Shown in pieces: positions 41,217-52,038 of a stretch of 64,000 nt of DNA (position 1 is its first letter; the number at the start of each line of letters is the position of its first letter). Source of the DNA: Spirochaetaceae bacterium (lineage in GTDB: Bacteria > Spirochaetota > Spirochaetia > DSM-2461); contig OZ245056.1 of the NCBI GenBank assembly GCA_965224705.1, positions 352,001-416,000 of the forward strand, given 5' to 3'. Below the pieces are notes generated by a model that saw nothing but the letters and a program-made list of their open reading frames with translations, made no database searches and was not told where the DNA came from. Made by a program: the position numbers and the translations under genes.

Positions 41217-42371
41217 TTACATGAACCCGGGTTCCAGATCTTCCCATGTAATGCCATCCCCGGAGGCCACATCTCTGACCAACCGTTGCCCATATACTCT
41301 GGCTCTATCCCGTGAAGGAATCCCCGGGCGCAGTACCTTCTCCGTTCGCAGCAGTGCCGTATTTTCCAAACTGACCGTTGTTCCAGCTGCCAATGGACCT
41401 GTAGCATGTATGGATCGATTGGTTCTTCCGTAATGTGGTAACTCCGACTCTGCCAGACCCAGAATACCATCGCCTAGAGCGGCTTCAATACGGGGGAGTC
41501 CATACTCTGGTATTAATTCAGTTATCACATAATTCAGATGCTTATTGTTGACCTCCTGCGACAGATTTACCTCCGGTGCATATCGTTTCACTGCGGCTGT
41601 CATCAGGGCAAAGTCATCCGGGAGCAAGGCCACCCGATCATCCAATCCATCTGTTTCATGACTCAAGGTGATGTGTTTTTCCACGATAACAGCCCCAGAG
41701 GCCACAGCCAGAACTGGAAGTAAGATTGGATCAAGGCTGTGGTCCGATAGACCTGCAGGTACATGGAACCTTGTGGTCAAAGTCGCGATACTCCGTAGAT
41801 TGGCTTCATTTTCCGGTGCCGGATAACTTGTAATACAGTGAAGAAGTGTAACTGGAGGTGCTCCGCAGCGTCCAATAACTTTCAATGCCTGTTCAATATC
41901 TTCAGGCAGGCTTACTCCGGTTGAAAGAATCAGCGGCTGCCCAAGGCTGGCTAATTGTTCCAACAATGGTTCGTGGTTGAGTTCAGGTGAAGCGACTTTC
42001 CAGATTTGAACTCCGATATCCTTCAATAGTTCGACACTTTTCTTCCCGAAGGGAGTTCCCAGGAATTCCAGATTTCGGCTCTTCGCCTGTTCAGCCAGAG
42101 CAACGTAAAAACTCAATGGTTGTTCCAGGGAGCGAAAAACCTCGTATAATGGCACAGGTCCACCGGGCAGAGGAACAAGTCCAGCTTCCGGTGGGAGAAT
42201 TTCATCGGCAAATACAACCTGCACTTTTACCGCGTCTGCACCTGCATCGGCTGCTGCGTTGACCAGTTCCAGGGCCTTTTGCAGATCTCCATTATGGGCT
42301 GTACCAATTTCTGCAATAATGACAGGTTGTTTCATTTGTGCATGGGTCAATCCCGGAAAATGGAAATCCAT
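41217..42371 (-). CDS. NeuB/SpsE-family nonulosonic acid synthase-like protein with C-terminal SAF domain
   Basis: IIAEIGTAHNGD, AGADAVKVQ, KVASPE, LHCITSYP, GLSDHS, VEKHITL. Confidence 0.88.
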   Translation of the reverse strand: MDFHFPGLTHAQMKQPVIIAEIGTAHNGDLQKALELVNAAADAGADAVKVQVVFADEILPPEAGLVPLPGGPVPLYEVFRSLEQPLSFYVALAEQAKSRNLEFLGTPFGKKSVELLKDIGVQIWKVASPELNHEPLLEQLASLGQPLILSTGVSLPEDIEQALKVIGRCGAPPVTLLHCITSYPAPENEANLRSIATLTTRFHVPAGLSDHSLDPILLPVLAVASGAVIVEKHITLSHETDGLDDRVALLPDDFALMTAAVKRYAPEVNLSQEVNNKHLNYVITELIPEYGLPRIEAALGDGILGLAESELPHYGRTNRSIHATGPLAAGTTVSLENTALLRTEKVLRPGIPSRDRARVYGQRLVRDVASGDGITWEDLEPGFM

Positions 42372-42392
42372 AAGAGCCCCCTGGAGAATGAT

Positions 42393-43670
42393 TTACTGAC
42401 CGGCCGATATTCTATCGAAACCACAGTAGGGAACAAGGGCTGAAGGGATGATCACTGAACCGTCTTCCAACTGACCATTTTCAAGGATGGCAATGAGAGC
42501 CCGGGAACACGCTATGGCTGTACCATTAAGAGTGTGAGCATAACGGATACGTCCGTTTTCTTTGTAGCGTATACCCAGTCGGCGCGCTTGATAATCGGTG
42601 CAGTTGGATGTGCTGGTTACTTCTCCCCACCCGCCATGATCCCCACGCCCAGGCATCCAGGCTTCCAGATCGAACTTTCGGTATGCAGGAGCTCCCAGGT
42701 CACCTGTACAGGTATCAACCACCCGGTAGGGTATCCCCAAACCATTGAAAATCTCCTCTTCTATTCCAAGAAGTTTGTAAAGGACGGAATCGGATTCTTC
42801 TGCTTTAGCATAAACAAACATTTCCACTTTGGTGAACTGATGTACTCGATACAAACCTCTGGAATACTGACCCGAAGCCCCGGCTTCCCGACGAAAGCAA
42901 TGGGATAAACCAGCGAGGTAAATGGGACTGGTGGAAAGGTCCACAATTTCTCCAGCATGGTAACCGCCCAGAGTGATTTCTGCGGTTCCAACCAGGCAGG
43001 TGTCTGTCCCCTCAAGGGCATATATATTGGATTCGTCTCCCCGTGGTACAAATCCGATTCCTGCGACAATTTCTTCCTTTGCAATGTCCGGAGTTGTGGT
43101 GAGAGTGAATCCGTGCTTCTGGAGTATATTCAATGCATAACGAATGAGGGCCAGATCCAGCAAGACAGCTTCATTCTTGAGGAAGTAAAACTTACTGCCC
43201 GATACTCTGGCTCCAGCTTCAAAGTCAATGAGGTCAAGATCCTCTGCAATCAGGGTATGATCTTTGGGCTGGAAGTCAAATTGAGTGGGTTCACCAACAC
43301 GGGTAATCTCAAGGTTATTCTTGTCCTCTTTGCCTACAGGAGCATCTGGATGGGCCATGTTTGGTATGCAGATCAAGGCCTCTTCCATCATTCTTTCAGT
43401 TTCAGTCAGCTGGATTTCCTTACCTGGGATACGCTCTTTGAGTTTCCTGCCTTCTGCTATTAAAGCTTCCCTTATCTTCGGCTCAAGATTCCTCTTCATC
43501 TTCTGGGCGTTCTCATTGCGCAGATGGCGCAGGTGGTCAATCTCAGTGATCAAAGAGTTACGATTCTCGTATAGCTGGAGGAAATTATTCACATCAGCTG
43601 TCATGAATCGAGCCTCAATGTTGGCTTTTACCAGGTCTTTGTTCTCTTTTATGTATTTAGGATCCAGCAT
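42393..43670 (-). CDS. serS: Serine--tRNA ligase
   Basis: GTAEITL, CFRREAG, YRVHQFTKVE, STSNCTDYQARR, HTLNGT. Confidence 0.97.
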   Translation of the reverse strand: MLDPKYIKENKDLVKANIEARFMTADVNNFLQLYENRNSLITEIDHLRHLRNENAQKMKRNLEPKIREALIAEGRKLKERIPGKEIQLTETERMMEEALICIPNMAHPDAPVGKEDKNNLEITRVGEPTQFDFQPKDHTLIAEDLDLIDFEAGARVSGSKFYFLKNEAVLLDLALIRYALNILQKHGFTLTTTPDIAKEEIVAGIGFVPRGDESNIYALEGTDTCLVGTAEITLGGYHAGEIVDLSTSPIYLAGLSHCFRREAGASGQYSRGLYRVHQFTKVEMFVYAKAEESDSVLYKLLGIEEEIFNGLGIPYRVVDTCTGDLGAPAYRKFDLEAWMPGRGDHGGWGEVTSTSNCTDYQARRLGIRYKENGRIRYAHTLNGTAIACSRALIAILENGQLEDGSVIIPSALVPYCGFDRISAGQ

Positions 43671-43840
43671 AGGGTATTAATCATTCCTTATAGCAGTTAT
43701 TCTAGAGAATGGAAGAGCAGAGTACTATCATTCCATGTTTCTGGAACAGTTCTGCTCTGATTTTATACTATGTATAAACAGCATTGCCAAGAAGGCAGGA
43801 GGATATTTTGGATAGCAACAATGGTAGAAAATATTTGAAG

Positions 43841-44500
43841 ATGCAAGGAAACCTTTGTTTGTTTCTTTTGCTCATGGGACTCAGCCTCATGGGAACGATT
43901 TTGGCATCCTGTAAGCCCAGAGAAAAGTCAGAAGTCGCTGTCATCGGTGAGGTCATTTTTCTGGATGGAGATGTCAGCCTCAATGGTGCATCGGCCAGCA
44001 TTGGGGACAGTGCCAAAAGTGGAGATATTCTGGTAACAGGGCCTGAAGCCTATGCTGAGATACAATTCGGCGAAGCTCAAATTCTCCGTGCATCAGAAAA
44101 CACATCCCTTACTTTGAATGGCAGTGACAGTATTCTGGAACTTGATTCCGGAGCATTGTCCGTAATACAGTCAAAAGTTAAAAAACTGACCTCAAATGAT
44201 GCCTGGGATGTGAGCACACCTCACGCTGTAGCAGCAGTCCGTGGAACCACTTTTTATATGGAAGTGGAAAATCCTGACTCAACCTATTTCTGCATCTGTA
44301 ATGGCAGGATTGACCTTAAGGACACAAATGGGAACAACAACCTCATTCTGGAAGCAAGTCATCACAGAGCTGTAAGGTATATCAATAAATCCGGCAGCAT
44401 CGTCACTGAGGATGCTCCCATGATTTATCATACTGACGAGGATATGGAATCCTTAGCGGACAGGATAGGTATCAGCATAGATTGGGAGAGTATTCCATAA
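43841..44500 (+). CDS. FecR-domain lipoprotein
   Basis: Hydrophobic leader with LASC lipobox; VSTPHAVAAVRGTTF FecR motif. Confidence 0.75.
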   Translation: MQGNLCLFLLLMGLSLMGTILASCKPREKSEVAVIGEVIFLDGDVSLNGASASIGDSAKSGDILVTGPEAYAEIQFGEAQILRASENTSLTLNGSDSILELDSGALSVIQSKVKKLTSNDAWDVSTPHAVAAVRGTTFYMEVENPDSTYFCICNGRIDLKDTNGNNNLILEASHHRAVRYINKSGSIVTEDAPMIYHTDEDMESLADRIGISIDWESIP

Positions 44501-44519
44501 CGCACATAAGCATTATGCA

Positions 44520-44739
44520 GTGTCAGGAAGCTTGTTATAGCCTGGTTTCATTAAAATCCGGTTAGATGAGGATCCCTGCCAATATAGTAATTCAATACTC
44601 ATTGATAGTTGTGATTCAGCGAATTACTTATTTTGAATGATAGGAAGTCTCACCGGCAAGATGTTTCGTAAGTATTGTTCCACGATATATTAATTCTTTT
44701 GATGAAAGCAATTGTTTCATCCAACAGGCTTCCTGACAC
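44520..44739. mobile_element. Family A MITE, ~220-bp subtype
   Basis: Both TIRs; flanks TGCA/TGCA; between convergent genes. Confidence 0.9.
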
Positions 44740-44749
44740 TGCAAATGAG

Positions 44750-45694
44750 TTACGGAATCATACGTGTTCCCGCTTTTCCTTCCAGTGCGGCAACGAGGTG
44801 AGCCGGATCGGTAATGATCCCGTTCTTCCCACTCTTCTCAACAAAATCAATCATAGCGAGAACCTTGGGCAGCATACTGCCCCTGGCAAAGTGTTCCTCA
44901 GCGATGTATTTTTTTGCTTCCGAAACGGTCATCTCAGAGAGTTCCTTCTGATCTGGTTTCCCGAAATCAAGGCACACTTTTTCAACCGCTGTTGAAATAA
45001 TAAATTGATCAGCTCCAAGTTCTATTCCAAGAACTGCGGCAGCAAGATCCTTGTCTATAACAGCCTCCACTCCTTTGTAAGTCCCATCCTGGTTACGGAT
45101 AACTGGAATTCCACCGCCTCCGGCAGCAATAGTAATGGTACCATTTTCCACCAACTGTCGGATAATGGGCATTTCAACAAGTTTTTTCGGGCTTGGAGAT
45201 GGCACAACGCGCCGCCAGCCTCTCCCGGAATCCTCTTTCACACTCCAGCCAGCCTCCTTCTGCTGCATTTTCGCATCTTCTTCCGTCATGAATGACCCAA
45301 TGGGTTTTGTGGGATCTGTAAAGGCTGGATCATCAGCATCAACCAGCACTTCTGTTACAATGGTGGCCACATTGCGTTCTTTCTGACCCATGCTGATGAG
45401 AGTGTTCCTGATAGCTGTTTGAATGCAGTAACCTAATGCCCCTTCTGTATCCGCAACACAGGCATCCAGGGGAACTGAATGGAGCTGAGAACGGGAAATT
45501 TCCGCACGGCGCAGTATGAAACCGACTTGAGGACCATTGCCATGAACAATGGCAACCCTGCTGTCTGATGCGAGTAATGGACTGAGATTTTCCGCTGTAA
45601 GAATGGCCGCATTATACTGATCTTCCACCGTCGTGTGTTTTGAATCGGTAATAAGAGAGTTTCCTCCAATGGCAATTACAACTGTTTCTGACAT
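44750..45694 (-). CDS. arcC: Carbamate kinase
   Basis: VIAIGGNSL, HGNGPQVG, PTKPIG, GWRRVVPSP, GVEAVIDKD, GSMLPK. Confidence 0.95.
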   Translation of the reverse strand: MSETVVIAIGGNSLITDSKHTTVEDQYNAAILTAENLSPLLASDSRVAIVHGNGPQVGFILRRAEISRSQLHSVPLDACVADTEGALGYCIQTAIRNTLISMGQKERNVATIVTEVLVDADDPAFTDPTKPIGSFMTEEDAKMQQKEAGWSVKEDSGRGWRRVVPSPSPKKLVEMPIIRQLVENGTITIAAGGGGIPVIRNQDGTYKGVEAVIDKDLAAAVLGIELGADQFIISTAVEKVCLDFGKPDQKELSEMTVSEAKKYIAEEHFARGSMLPKVLAMIDFVEKSGKNGIITDPAHLVAALEGKAGTRMIP

Positions 45695-45704
45695 TATCTA
45701 CTCC

Positions 45705-47432
45705 TTAATTTCTGACATTTACATTGATTAATTCGAAAGCCGTTACATCAAATAGACCCCTGTCGGTAATCTTCAATTCAGGAATCACCGGCAGAGTGAG
45801 AAACGACAGCATAATAATCGGATCCAGACTGGTATTGATTGAAAGCTCATCATATGCCAGACGATTGAGTCGGGTCAATTGCTCATTCACCATATCAGCG
45901 GTTTCGTTCGACATAAGTCCAGCGATGGGCAGAGGAAGGGAATCCAGTAACTGACTCTCTTTCACCAAAACAATGCCTCCTCCGATCCGGGCAAGTTCCT
46001 CAGCGGCCAGTTTCATGTCGCCATCGCTATCTCCAGTGACAACCAGATTGTGAGAGTCATGAGCTATGGAAAGTCCTATGGCACCATTCTTTATTCCATA
46101 GCCCTCAATGAGTCCCAGACCAATGTTTCCGGTTCTTTTATGGCGCTCAATAACAGCAATCTTCCGAATATCCAGGTCAGGACTGGATATAAACAATCCA
46201 GCATCATTGACACCGACCCTGCGTACAACCTTCTTTGTGATAAGGGTGTCAGCATGAATTTGAATGACGTGAGCCAGGCTGCTTTGCAATCCAAGTTCAA
46301 ATGAGAATGAATCCAATGGTGCAATTTTAACAGTATCACTAACCTTTGAGTTATCTGGATGATTCACCTGGAACAGGGGCTTGTGACTTTCAGCAACCCT
46401 GATACCATTTTTATACACAGATTTGATATTGAAGTCAGTCAAATTGTCCACAATTGCAAAATCGGCATCATAACCAGGAGCGACAGCTCCCTTACCTTTC
46501 AGCCCATAACCCTCAGCAGCATTGATGGTGGCCATTTGAATTGCTGTTAAAGGATTCAGGCCAGAGCGGATGGCCAGCCGTACATTGTGATCAATATGGC
46601 CATCTTCAAGAATTTCTGCGGGTTGTTTGTCATCAGTACAGAAAGAACAGCGTTTGGAATTATCCGGTTTGACTCCTTTGATCAAATTGACCAGATTTCT
46701 GGCTCCAGACCCCTCTCTGATCAATACTCTCATACCCAGACGCAATCTATCCCGCATCTCTTCAAGGGTGGAGCATTCATGGTCTGTCTGAATTCCCGCG
46801 GCCGCGTAAGCAGTGAGATTTTTACCCTCCACCATAGGACCATGCCCATCTACTGGCTTATCTCTTGACAGTGCTGTTTCCAGTTTCGCGAGAACATCGT
46901 TTTCCGCATTGATAACGGCCGGGTAGTCCATCATCTCGCCAAGACCAAGCACTACCGGATTGTCGATAATGGACTCTATGGCTGCGGCATCAAGAACAGC
47001 TCCCGCATTCTCAAATTGGGTAGAAGGAACACAGGATGGTACCATGAAGAAAACATCCAGAGGTGCTTCCCGGGCAGCATCAATCATGTAAAGAATACCA
47101 TCCAGACCACAGACGTTGGCAATTTCATGAGGATCGGCAATCACAGTCGTGGTTCCTCTGGGAACAGCAATGCAGGCAAACTGCTCCGGAGACATAAGGG
47201 ACGATTCAATATGAACATGACTGTCAATTAATCCGGGAATCACGAAAAGATTATTGAGATCAATTTCATTCCTGCCCTTATAATCTCCAATGCCAGCAAT
47301 TCTTCCCTGATCAACTGCGATACTCCCATCAATAATCTCATGGGTAAATACATTGACAACCCTGGCATTTCTCAAAACCAGATCAGCCTCTTTCCGACCG
47401 GAAGCTACGGCTATAAAACGTTTTCTATCCAT
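45705..47432 (-). CDS. ade: Adenine deaminase
   Basis: DSHVHIESS, DPHEIANV, LGEMM, TDHEC, IREGS, CTDD, AHDSHN, LPVIPELKIT. Confidence 0.95.
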   Translation of the reverse strand: MDRKRFIAVASGRKEADLVLRNARVVNVFTHEIIDGSIAVDQGRIAGIGDYKGRNEIDLNNLFVIPGLIDSHVHIESSLMSPEQFACIAVPRGTTTVIADPHEIANVCGLDGILYMIDAAREAPLDVFFMVPSCVPSTQFENAGAVLDAAAIESIIDNPVVLGLGEMMDYPAVINAENDVLAKLETALSRDKPVDGHGPMVEGKNLTAYAAAGIQTDHECSTLEEMRDRLRLGMRVLIREGSGARNLVNLIKGVKPDNSKRCSFCTDDKQPAEILEDGHIDHNVRLAIRSGLNPLTAIQMATINAAEGYGLKGKGAVAPGYDADFAIVDNLTDFNIKSVYKNGIRVAESHKPLFQVNHPDNSKVSDTVKIAPLDSFSFELGLQSSLAHVIQIHADTLITKKVVRRVGVNDAGLFISSPDLDIRKIAVIERHKRTGNIGLGLIEGYGIKNGAIGLSIAHDSHNLVVTGDSDGDMKLAAEELARIGGGIVLVKESQLLDSLPLPIAGLMSNETADMVNEQLTRLNRLAYDELSINTSLDPIIMLSFLTLPVIPELKITDRGLFDVTAFELINVNVRN

Positions 47433-47445
47433 GACTTTTCCTTCG

Positions 47446-47607
47446 GAACCTATCGGACTTTAAGGCTTCAAGGCGATTTTTGATGATTTTTTCCTGATGC
47501 AAGGCGACAAAAACTCAAGCGTAGCTGGGCTCCGTAGTATTTTGACAACTCAGCAGCGGGGGAAAAAGGGCAAAAATCGAGCCGTAAGGCGTAAGTCCGG
47601 CAGGCTC
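47446..47607. mobile_element. Family B MITE (diverged TIRs) just upstream of ade
   Basis: GAACCTATCGGACTT...AAGTCCGGCAGGCTC; interior matches the other copies. Confidence 0.9.
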
Positions 47608-47775
47608 CTTGTGAATCTCCATGCTGATACTACCACACACAATGTTTCTGTCATACAAAGGAACCTCTGTAAGACAAATTCAGAAAACTACGAAGAGATT
47701 TTCACCTGTCCACGTACAGCACACGGGCAGCAAAGCAGAACGGAGTTAAGTTGAGTAAATATTTTATGAATTCAA

Positions 47776-47886
47776 GTGTCAGTAAGCTTGTTAAATCAGA
47801 AAAATACTTCTTTAATACGGCTGTTTTGATGGCTTAGAACCTTGCAGCTACTAGAAAAAGTGAGAATTCAACAAGCTTGCTGACAC
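47776..47886. mobile_element. Family A MITE, 111-bp subtype
   Basis: Both TIRs; interior similar to the 51397 copy. Confidence 0.88.
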
Positions 47887-47964
47887 TTGGTAAGGAATTA
47901 CAGCAATGACTTCACACTCTTCTTTCAGTATCAAACAACGTCCGGGCATTGATACTCCTGTTTA

Positions 47965-48861
47965 TCAGTCCCATAGGGGGGATGGATATGCACCCTCCTG
48001 GACAAGACCTGACAAACAAGTCTTCACTGCCGGTTTATCCTCCGGGTAGGTTACCCCAAACCATGTGGCACTGGATTGTAACACCCTGACTTTCAATTTT
48101 CCTGATTCAATACTCTCGCCGACTGTCTCAGGGATAAGATATTCGCTCGTCAATTTGGAACCTGATTCGGCTAGAAAATCAGAAAATCCCATTTCCAACA
48201 CCTCGAAAATCTTTGGAGTGAAGCCCCAGAAATTCATTGAGACCAACTCCCCGCCCGTCAGCGGGAATGTTTTGTCCCCTTCCTGGTACTCTACCAATCC
48301 GCTGGAATTCAGTCCAATCTTCAATCGCTCCGTAACCTTTGTCAGGTAAGTACCATCGGACTCGCACACACCTCTTGTTACCGAGCCGTGAGGACTCAAT
48401 GTGTTTTCAAGTCGATACCCAACGATGAATCCTTCCAGTGAAGCAGAATCAAGCTGTCTGAGGCCTTTGATACTCTCTTCAAAGGCTTCAGCACCATAGA
48501 AATCATCCGCATTGATAACAATAAACGGCTCCTGAACAAGATTTCTGCAGGTTAGAATCGCATGGCCTGTACCCCATGGTTTAACCCGATCTTCAGGCAC
48601 TTTGAAACCATCAAGGTGACTGTTGAGTTCCTGAAATGCATAATCAACGGCAATTTTTCCCTTGAATTTTCCACTGATCGATTCCTTAAAAGCATCGTTG
48701 ATATCCTGCCGAATGATGAAAACTACCCGGTCGAAACCAGCTCTGATCGCATCATAAACCGAATAGTCAAGAATGATTTCACCATTTGGTCCCATTGGAT
48801 CAATTTGCTTGATTCCACCATATCGGCTGCCCATACCAGCGGCCATAATCACTAAAGTCAT
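47965..48861 (-). CDS. Sugar-phosphate nucleotidyltransferase family protein
   Basis: IMAAGMGSRYGG, KPWGTGHA, INADDFYG, VSMNFWGF, WFGVTY. Confidence 0.88.
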   Translation of the reverse strand: MTLVIMAAGMGSRYGGIKQIDPMGPNGEIILDYSVYDAIRAGFDRVVFIIRQDINDAFKESISGKFKGKIAVDYAFQELNSHLDGFKVPEDRVKPWGTGHAILTCRNLVQEPFIVINADDFYGAEAFEESIKGLRQLDSASLEGFIVGYRLENTLSPHGSVTRGVCESDGTYLTKVTERLKIGLNSSGLVEYQEGDKTFPLTGGELVSMNFWGFTPKIFEVLEMGFSDFLAESGSKLTSEYLIPETVGESIESGKLKVRVLQSSATWFGVTYPEDKPAVKTCLSGLVQEGAYPSPLWD

Positions 48862-48873
48862 ATCATCTTTCCT

Positions 48874-49797
48874 TTACATCTGACGGATAATATTCCTGAT
48901 TGCTTCACCAAAACATTCTGCTACAGAAACCACTTTTATCCAATCAGTCAATGGTTCCGGTGCACGTTCAACGCTATCTGAAATATACAGGGTTTCGATT
49001 CCAGATTTCTCAAATCTATTCATGGCACCATCAGAAAAAACACCATGAGTAACAGCAGAAATAACCCTTCTGGCTCCTTTCCTGTATAATCTTTCTGCAC
49101 ATTCTATCAGGGTACCACCGGATATAACAAAGTCATCCACAATCAGTGCTGTTTTTCCAGAGACATCACCAAAGATATCCACCATCTCAACCGTTTCGTT
49201 CTTCTTCAGATGCTGCTTCACTCCTATCGCAACAGGCACATTGAGATACTGGGCGTATTTCCTGGCTTCATCTGCAAAACCCGTATCCGCTGAGACGACA
49301 ACGAGATCTGTAGAACTATTATCTTTGATAACCTGATCACCAAATGTTCTCAAACTGGTTAGGTTGTCCACTGGAATGCGAAAAAAGCCTTGAATCTGAG
49401 GAGAATGAAGATCCATAGTAATCACTCGATTACAGCCGATGTTTTCTAATGAATCAGCACAAACACGGGCCCGTATTGAACCGCCAGGTTCGTCCTGCTT
49501 ATCTCCTTTCCCGTAACTGAAGTAGGGAATAACAGCTGTGACTGATGCCGCACCGGCCCGTTTGAATGCATCAAGCCAGAACAGTAATTCCATAAACGTG
49601 TCATTGCTGGAATGGACTGTAGACTGAATGATGAAAACATCCTGCCCCTGGACATTCTCACCAACCTGAACACACGTGTTCCCATCTGAATACTTGTGGG
49701 AATAAGATTTCCTCAAGGGGACATTCAGATATCGGCAGATGGACTTTGAGAATGATATACTTGCAGATCCAGCAAAGATCATTATATTCTTTTTCAA
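48874..49797 (-). CDS. prs: Ribose-phosphate pyrophosphokinase
   Basis: VIPYFSY, MDLHSPQIQGFF, IVDDFVISGGTL, VTHG. Confidence 0.92.
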   Translation of the reverse strand: MKKNIMIFAGSASISFSKSICRYLNVPLRKSYSHKYSDGNTCVQVGENVQGQDVFIIQSTVHSSNDTFMELLFWLDAFKRAGAASVTAVIPYFSYGKGDKQDEPGGSIRARVCADSLENIGCNRVITMDLHSPQIQGFFRIPVDNLTSLRTFGDQVIKDNSSTDLVVVSADTGFADEARKYAQYLNVPVAIGVKQHLKKNETVEMVDIFGDVSGKTALIVDDFVISGGTLIECAERLYRKGARRVISAVTHGVFSDGAMNRFEKSGIETLYISDSVERAPEPLTDWIKVVSVAECFGEAIRNIIRQM

Positions 49798-49806
49798 AAC
49801 AAGCTC

Positions 49807-51198
49807 TTAAAGCACCATGTTCCTGGGTGATCGGGGGAAGGGAATAACATCTCTGATATTCTGCATACCAGTCACATACTGAACAACTCTTTCAAGGCCT
49901 AAACCAAAGCCGCTGTGAGGTACCGAGCCGTATCGTCGGAGGTCAATATACCACTGATACTCATCCGCATTCATACCTGATTCCTTTATTCTCTCCACCA
50001 ATTTGTCCAGCCTGTCTTCCCGCTGGCTGCCTCCAATTATCTCGCCCAGTCTGGGAACCAGGACATCCATGGCCCGCACTGTTTTCCCATCATCATTCTG
50101 CTTCATGTAAAAAGCCTTCATGTCCTTCGGATAATCAGTAACGATGACTGGTCCGGCAATGACTTTTTCCGTAAGATAACGTTCATGTTCTGTCTGGAGA
50201 TCGGTTCCCCAGGCCGGTTTCAAGGCAAATTCAACCTTTGCGTTTACCAGTTCCTTCATCGCGTCTGTGTATGGAAGGTGGACAAATGGACTGGAGACAA
50301 CTTTCTGAAGGTTCTTTATTACTCCTTTTTCTACCCACCGGTCAAAAAAATCCATATCACCTTCACAATTCTCCAGAACGGTTGAGAGCAGAAATTTTAT
50401 AAAAGATTCCGCCAGAGCACGATTATCGTCGAGATCACAGAAAGCCATTTCAGGCTCCACCATCCAGAATTCCGACAGATGCCGGGTTGTATTCGAGTTT
50501 TCTGCCCTGAAAGTGGGACCGAAGGTGTATACATTGCTCATGGAACAGGCATAGTTTTCAACCTGGAGTTGACCGCTCACCGTAAGAAATGACTTCTTTC
50601 CGAAGAAGTCCTGGTTGTAATCAACTTCTTCCTGATCATTATATGGTAGAGACTGCATGTTCAAGGTGGTTACCTGAAACATATGACCGGCACCTTCAGC
50701 ATCACTTCCGGTTATGATCGGTGTATGTATCCACTGAAATCCCCTGTCCTGGAAGAACTTGTGAATCCCCATGGATAAGGTATTCCGAACCCGAGTTACA
50801 GCTCCAAATGTGTTTGTTCGTGATCTAAGATGGGCAATTTCCCGGAGAAATTCAAATGAGTGCCGCTTTTTCTGTAATGGATAATCGGCCGATACATCTC
50901 CGATTATTTCCACCGATTCAGCCTGAAGTTCCATATTCTGCCGGCCGCCCTGACAGGGTTGAACAAGACCGGTGATTTTGACACTGGCCCCTGTCAGCAA
51001 ACGGCGGCTCAGGTTTTCGTCAAGTATACTGGAACTCTTATCAACAACGATTTGAAGATTCTTCAAACAGGATCCATCGTTGATCTCGATGAAAATAAGA
51101 TTTTTGCCCTCCCGTTTAGTTCTGATCCAGCCGTAGATAATTTCCCTGCGCTCATCTTCAGGCCCCGAGAGAATTGACTTGATAGTGGTTCGATCCAT
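49807..51198 (-). CDS. asnS: Asparagine--tRNA ligase
   Basis: [40 protein letters not shown]. Confidence 0.97.
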   Translation of the reverse strand: MDRTTIKSILSGPEDERREIIYGWIRTKREGKNLIFIEINDGSCLKNLQIVVDKSSSILDENLSRRLLTGASVKITGLVQPCQGGRQNMELQAESVEIIGDVSADYPLQKKRHSFEFLREIAHLRSRTNTFGAVTRVRNTLSMGIHKFFQDRGFQWIHTPIITGSDAEGAGHMFQVTTLNMQSLPYNDQEEVDYNQDFFGKKSFLTVSGQLQVENYACSMSNVYTFGPTFRAENSNTTRHLSEFWMVEPEMAFCDLDDNRALAESFIKFLLSTVLENCEGDMDFFDRWVEKGVIKNLQKVVSSPFVHLPYTDAMKELVNAKVEFALKPAWGTDLQTEHERYLTEKVIAGPVIVTDYPKDMKAFYMKQNDDGKTVRAMDVLVPRLGEIIGGSQREDRLDKLVERIKESGMNADEYQWYIDLRRYGSVPHSGFGLGLERVVQYVTGMQNIRDVIPFPRSPRNMVL

Positions 51199-51396
51199 GT
51201 GAACACACCTTACTAGCAGTCAGCTTCATCGTCAAGTTTCCAGAAAGTCTGTATGAGATTCATCGTGACAGAGAGACAGAGGGTCTGCCCGAAGGCGTTC
51301 TCCAGGATCTCCGCTTCCCTGTACTCCGTCAGTAGTATTGATCGGAAAATCAGGGAAGATAACTTTGATCATGTACGAAAATGTGAAGTTTTCGAA

Positions 51397-51507
51397 GTGT
51401 CAGGAAGCTTGTTAAACCGAAAAAATACCTCTTCAGTATAACTCTGTCGATGGCTTAAAACCTTGTAATAATTGGGGATAATGAAAATTTAACAAGCTTA
51501 CTGACAC
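51397..51507. mobile_element. Family A MITE, 111-bp subtype
   Basis: Both TIRs; same length and similar interior as the 47776 copy. Confidence 0.88.
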
Positions 51508-51666
51508 TACGTGAATTCCCAAGCTTAATGATGATTCACACAGCTCTTTACCGTTATCGACCAGTTATTTGAATACCCGGCGGGTTGAGAAGAGACGAAA
51601 AAGTAACAAGAATACGCAAAGAAAGGTTTTGTCAGGACACAGAGGGCTACTTTGATTTTTCAGTGC

Positions 51667-52038
51667 TCAGGGGACACGACTACGGAATATTTCTACAGCG
51701 ACACCTCTGGCTTGAGCCGGGACATCAGGTTTTTCCACCGTCACCTGACAGGCTGTTATTAACGGCTCGGCAAGAAGCAAATCTGCAACAGACTCGGCCA
51801 ATGATTCAATCAATTCAAAACTCGTTTCTCCGACATGAGCATGAAGCTTTTTAGAGAGAACATCGTAATCTATGGCATTGGCAATATCGTCGGTTCGGGC
51901 CGCTTTGGGATTGTCATAGAAAATGGTAAGGCTGATGATCACCTGACGAGTTTTGAGCCGCTCCTCAGCAAAAACACCCAGAATACAGTTACAGTTAAGA
52001 TCCCGGATATGTATCCTATCCAGAGTATTAATGTCCAT
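51667..52038 (-). CDS. folB: Dihydroneopterin aldolase
   Basis: DRIHIRDL, LGVFAEER, IDYD, LIESLAE, VEKP. Start uncertain (52038 or 52074). Confidence 0.88.
   Translation of the reverse strand: MDINTLDRIHIRDLNCNCILGVFAEERLKTRQVIISLTIFYDNPKAARTDDIANAIDYDVLSKKLHAHVGETSFELIESLAESVADLLLAEPLITACQVTVEKPDVPAQARGVAVEIFRSRVP

Noticed and set aside
51250..51355. Minus-strand ILLTEYREAEILENAF resembling a transposase Y..R..E motif
   Set aside because: Too short and weak to support.
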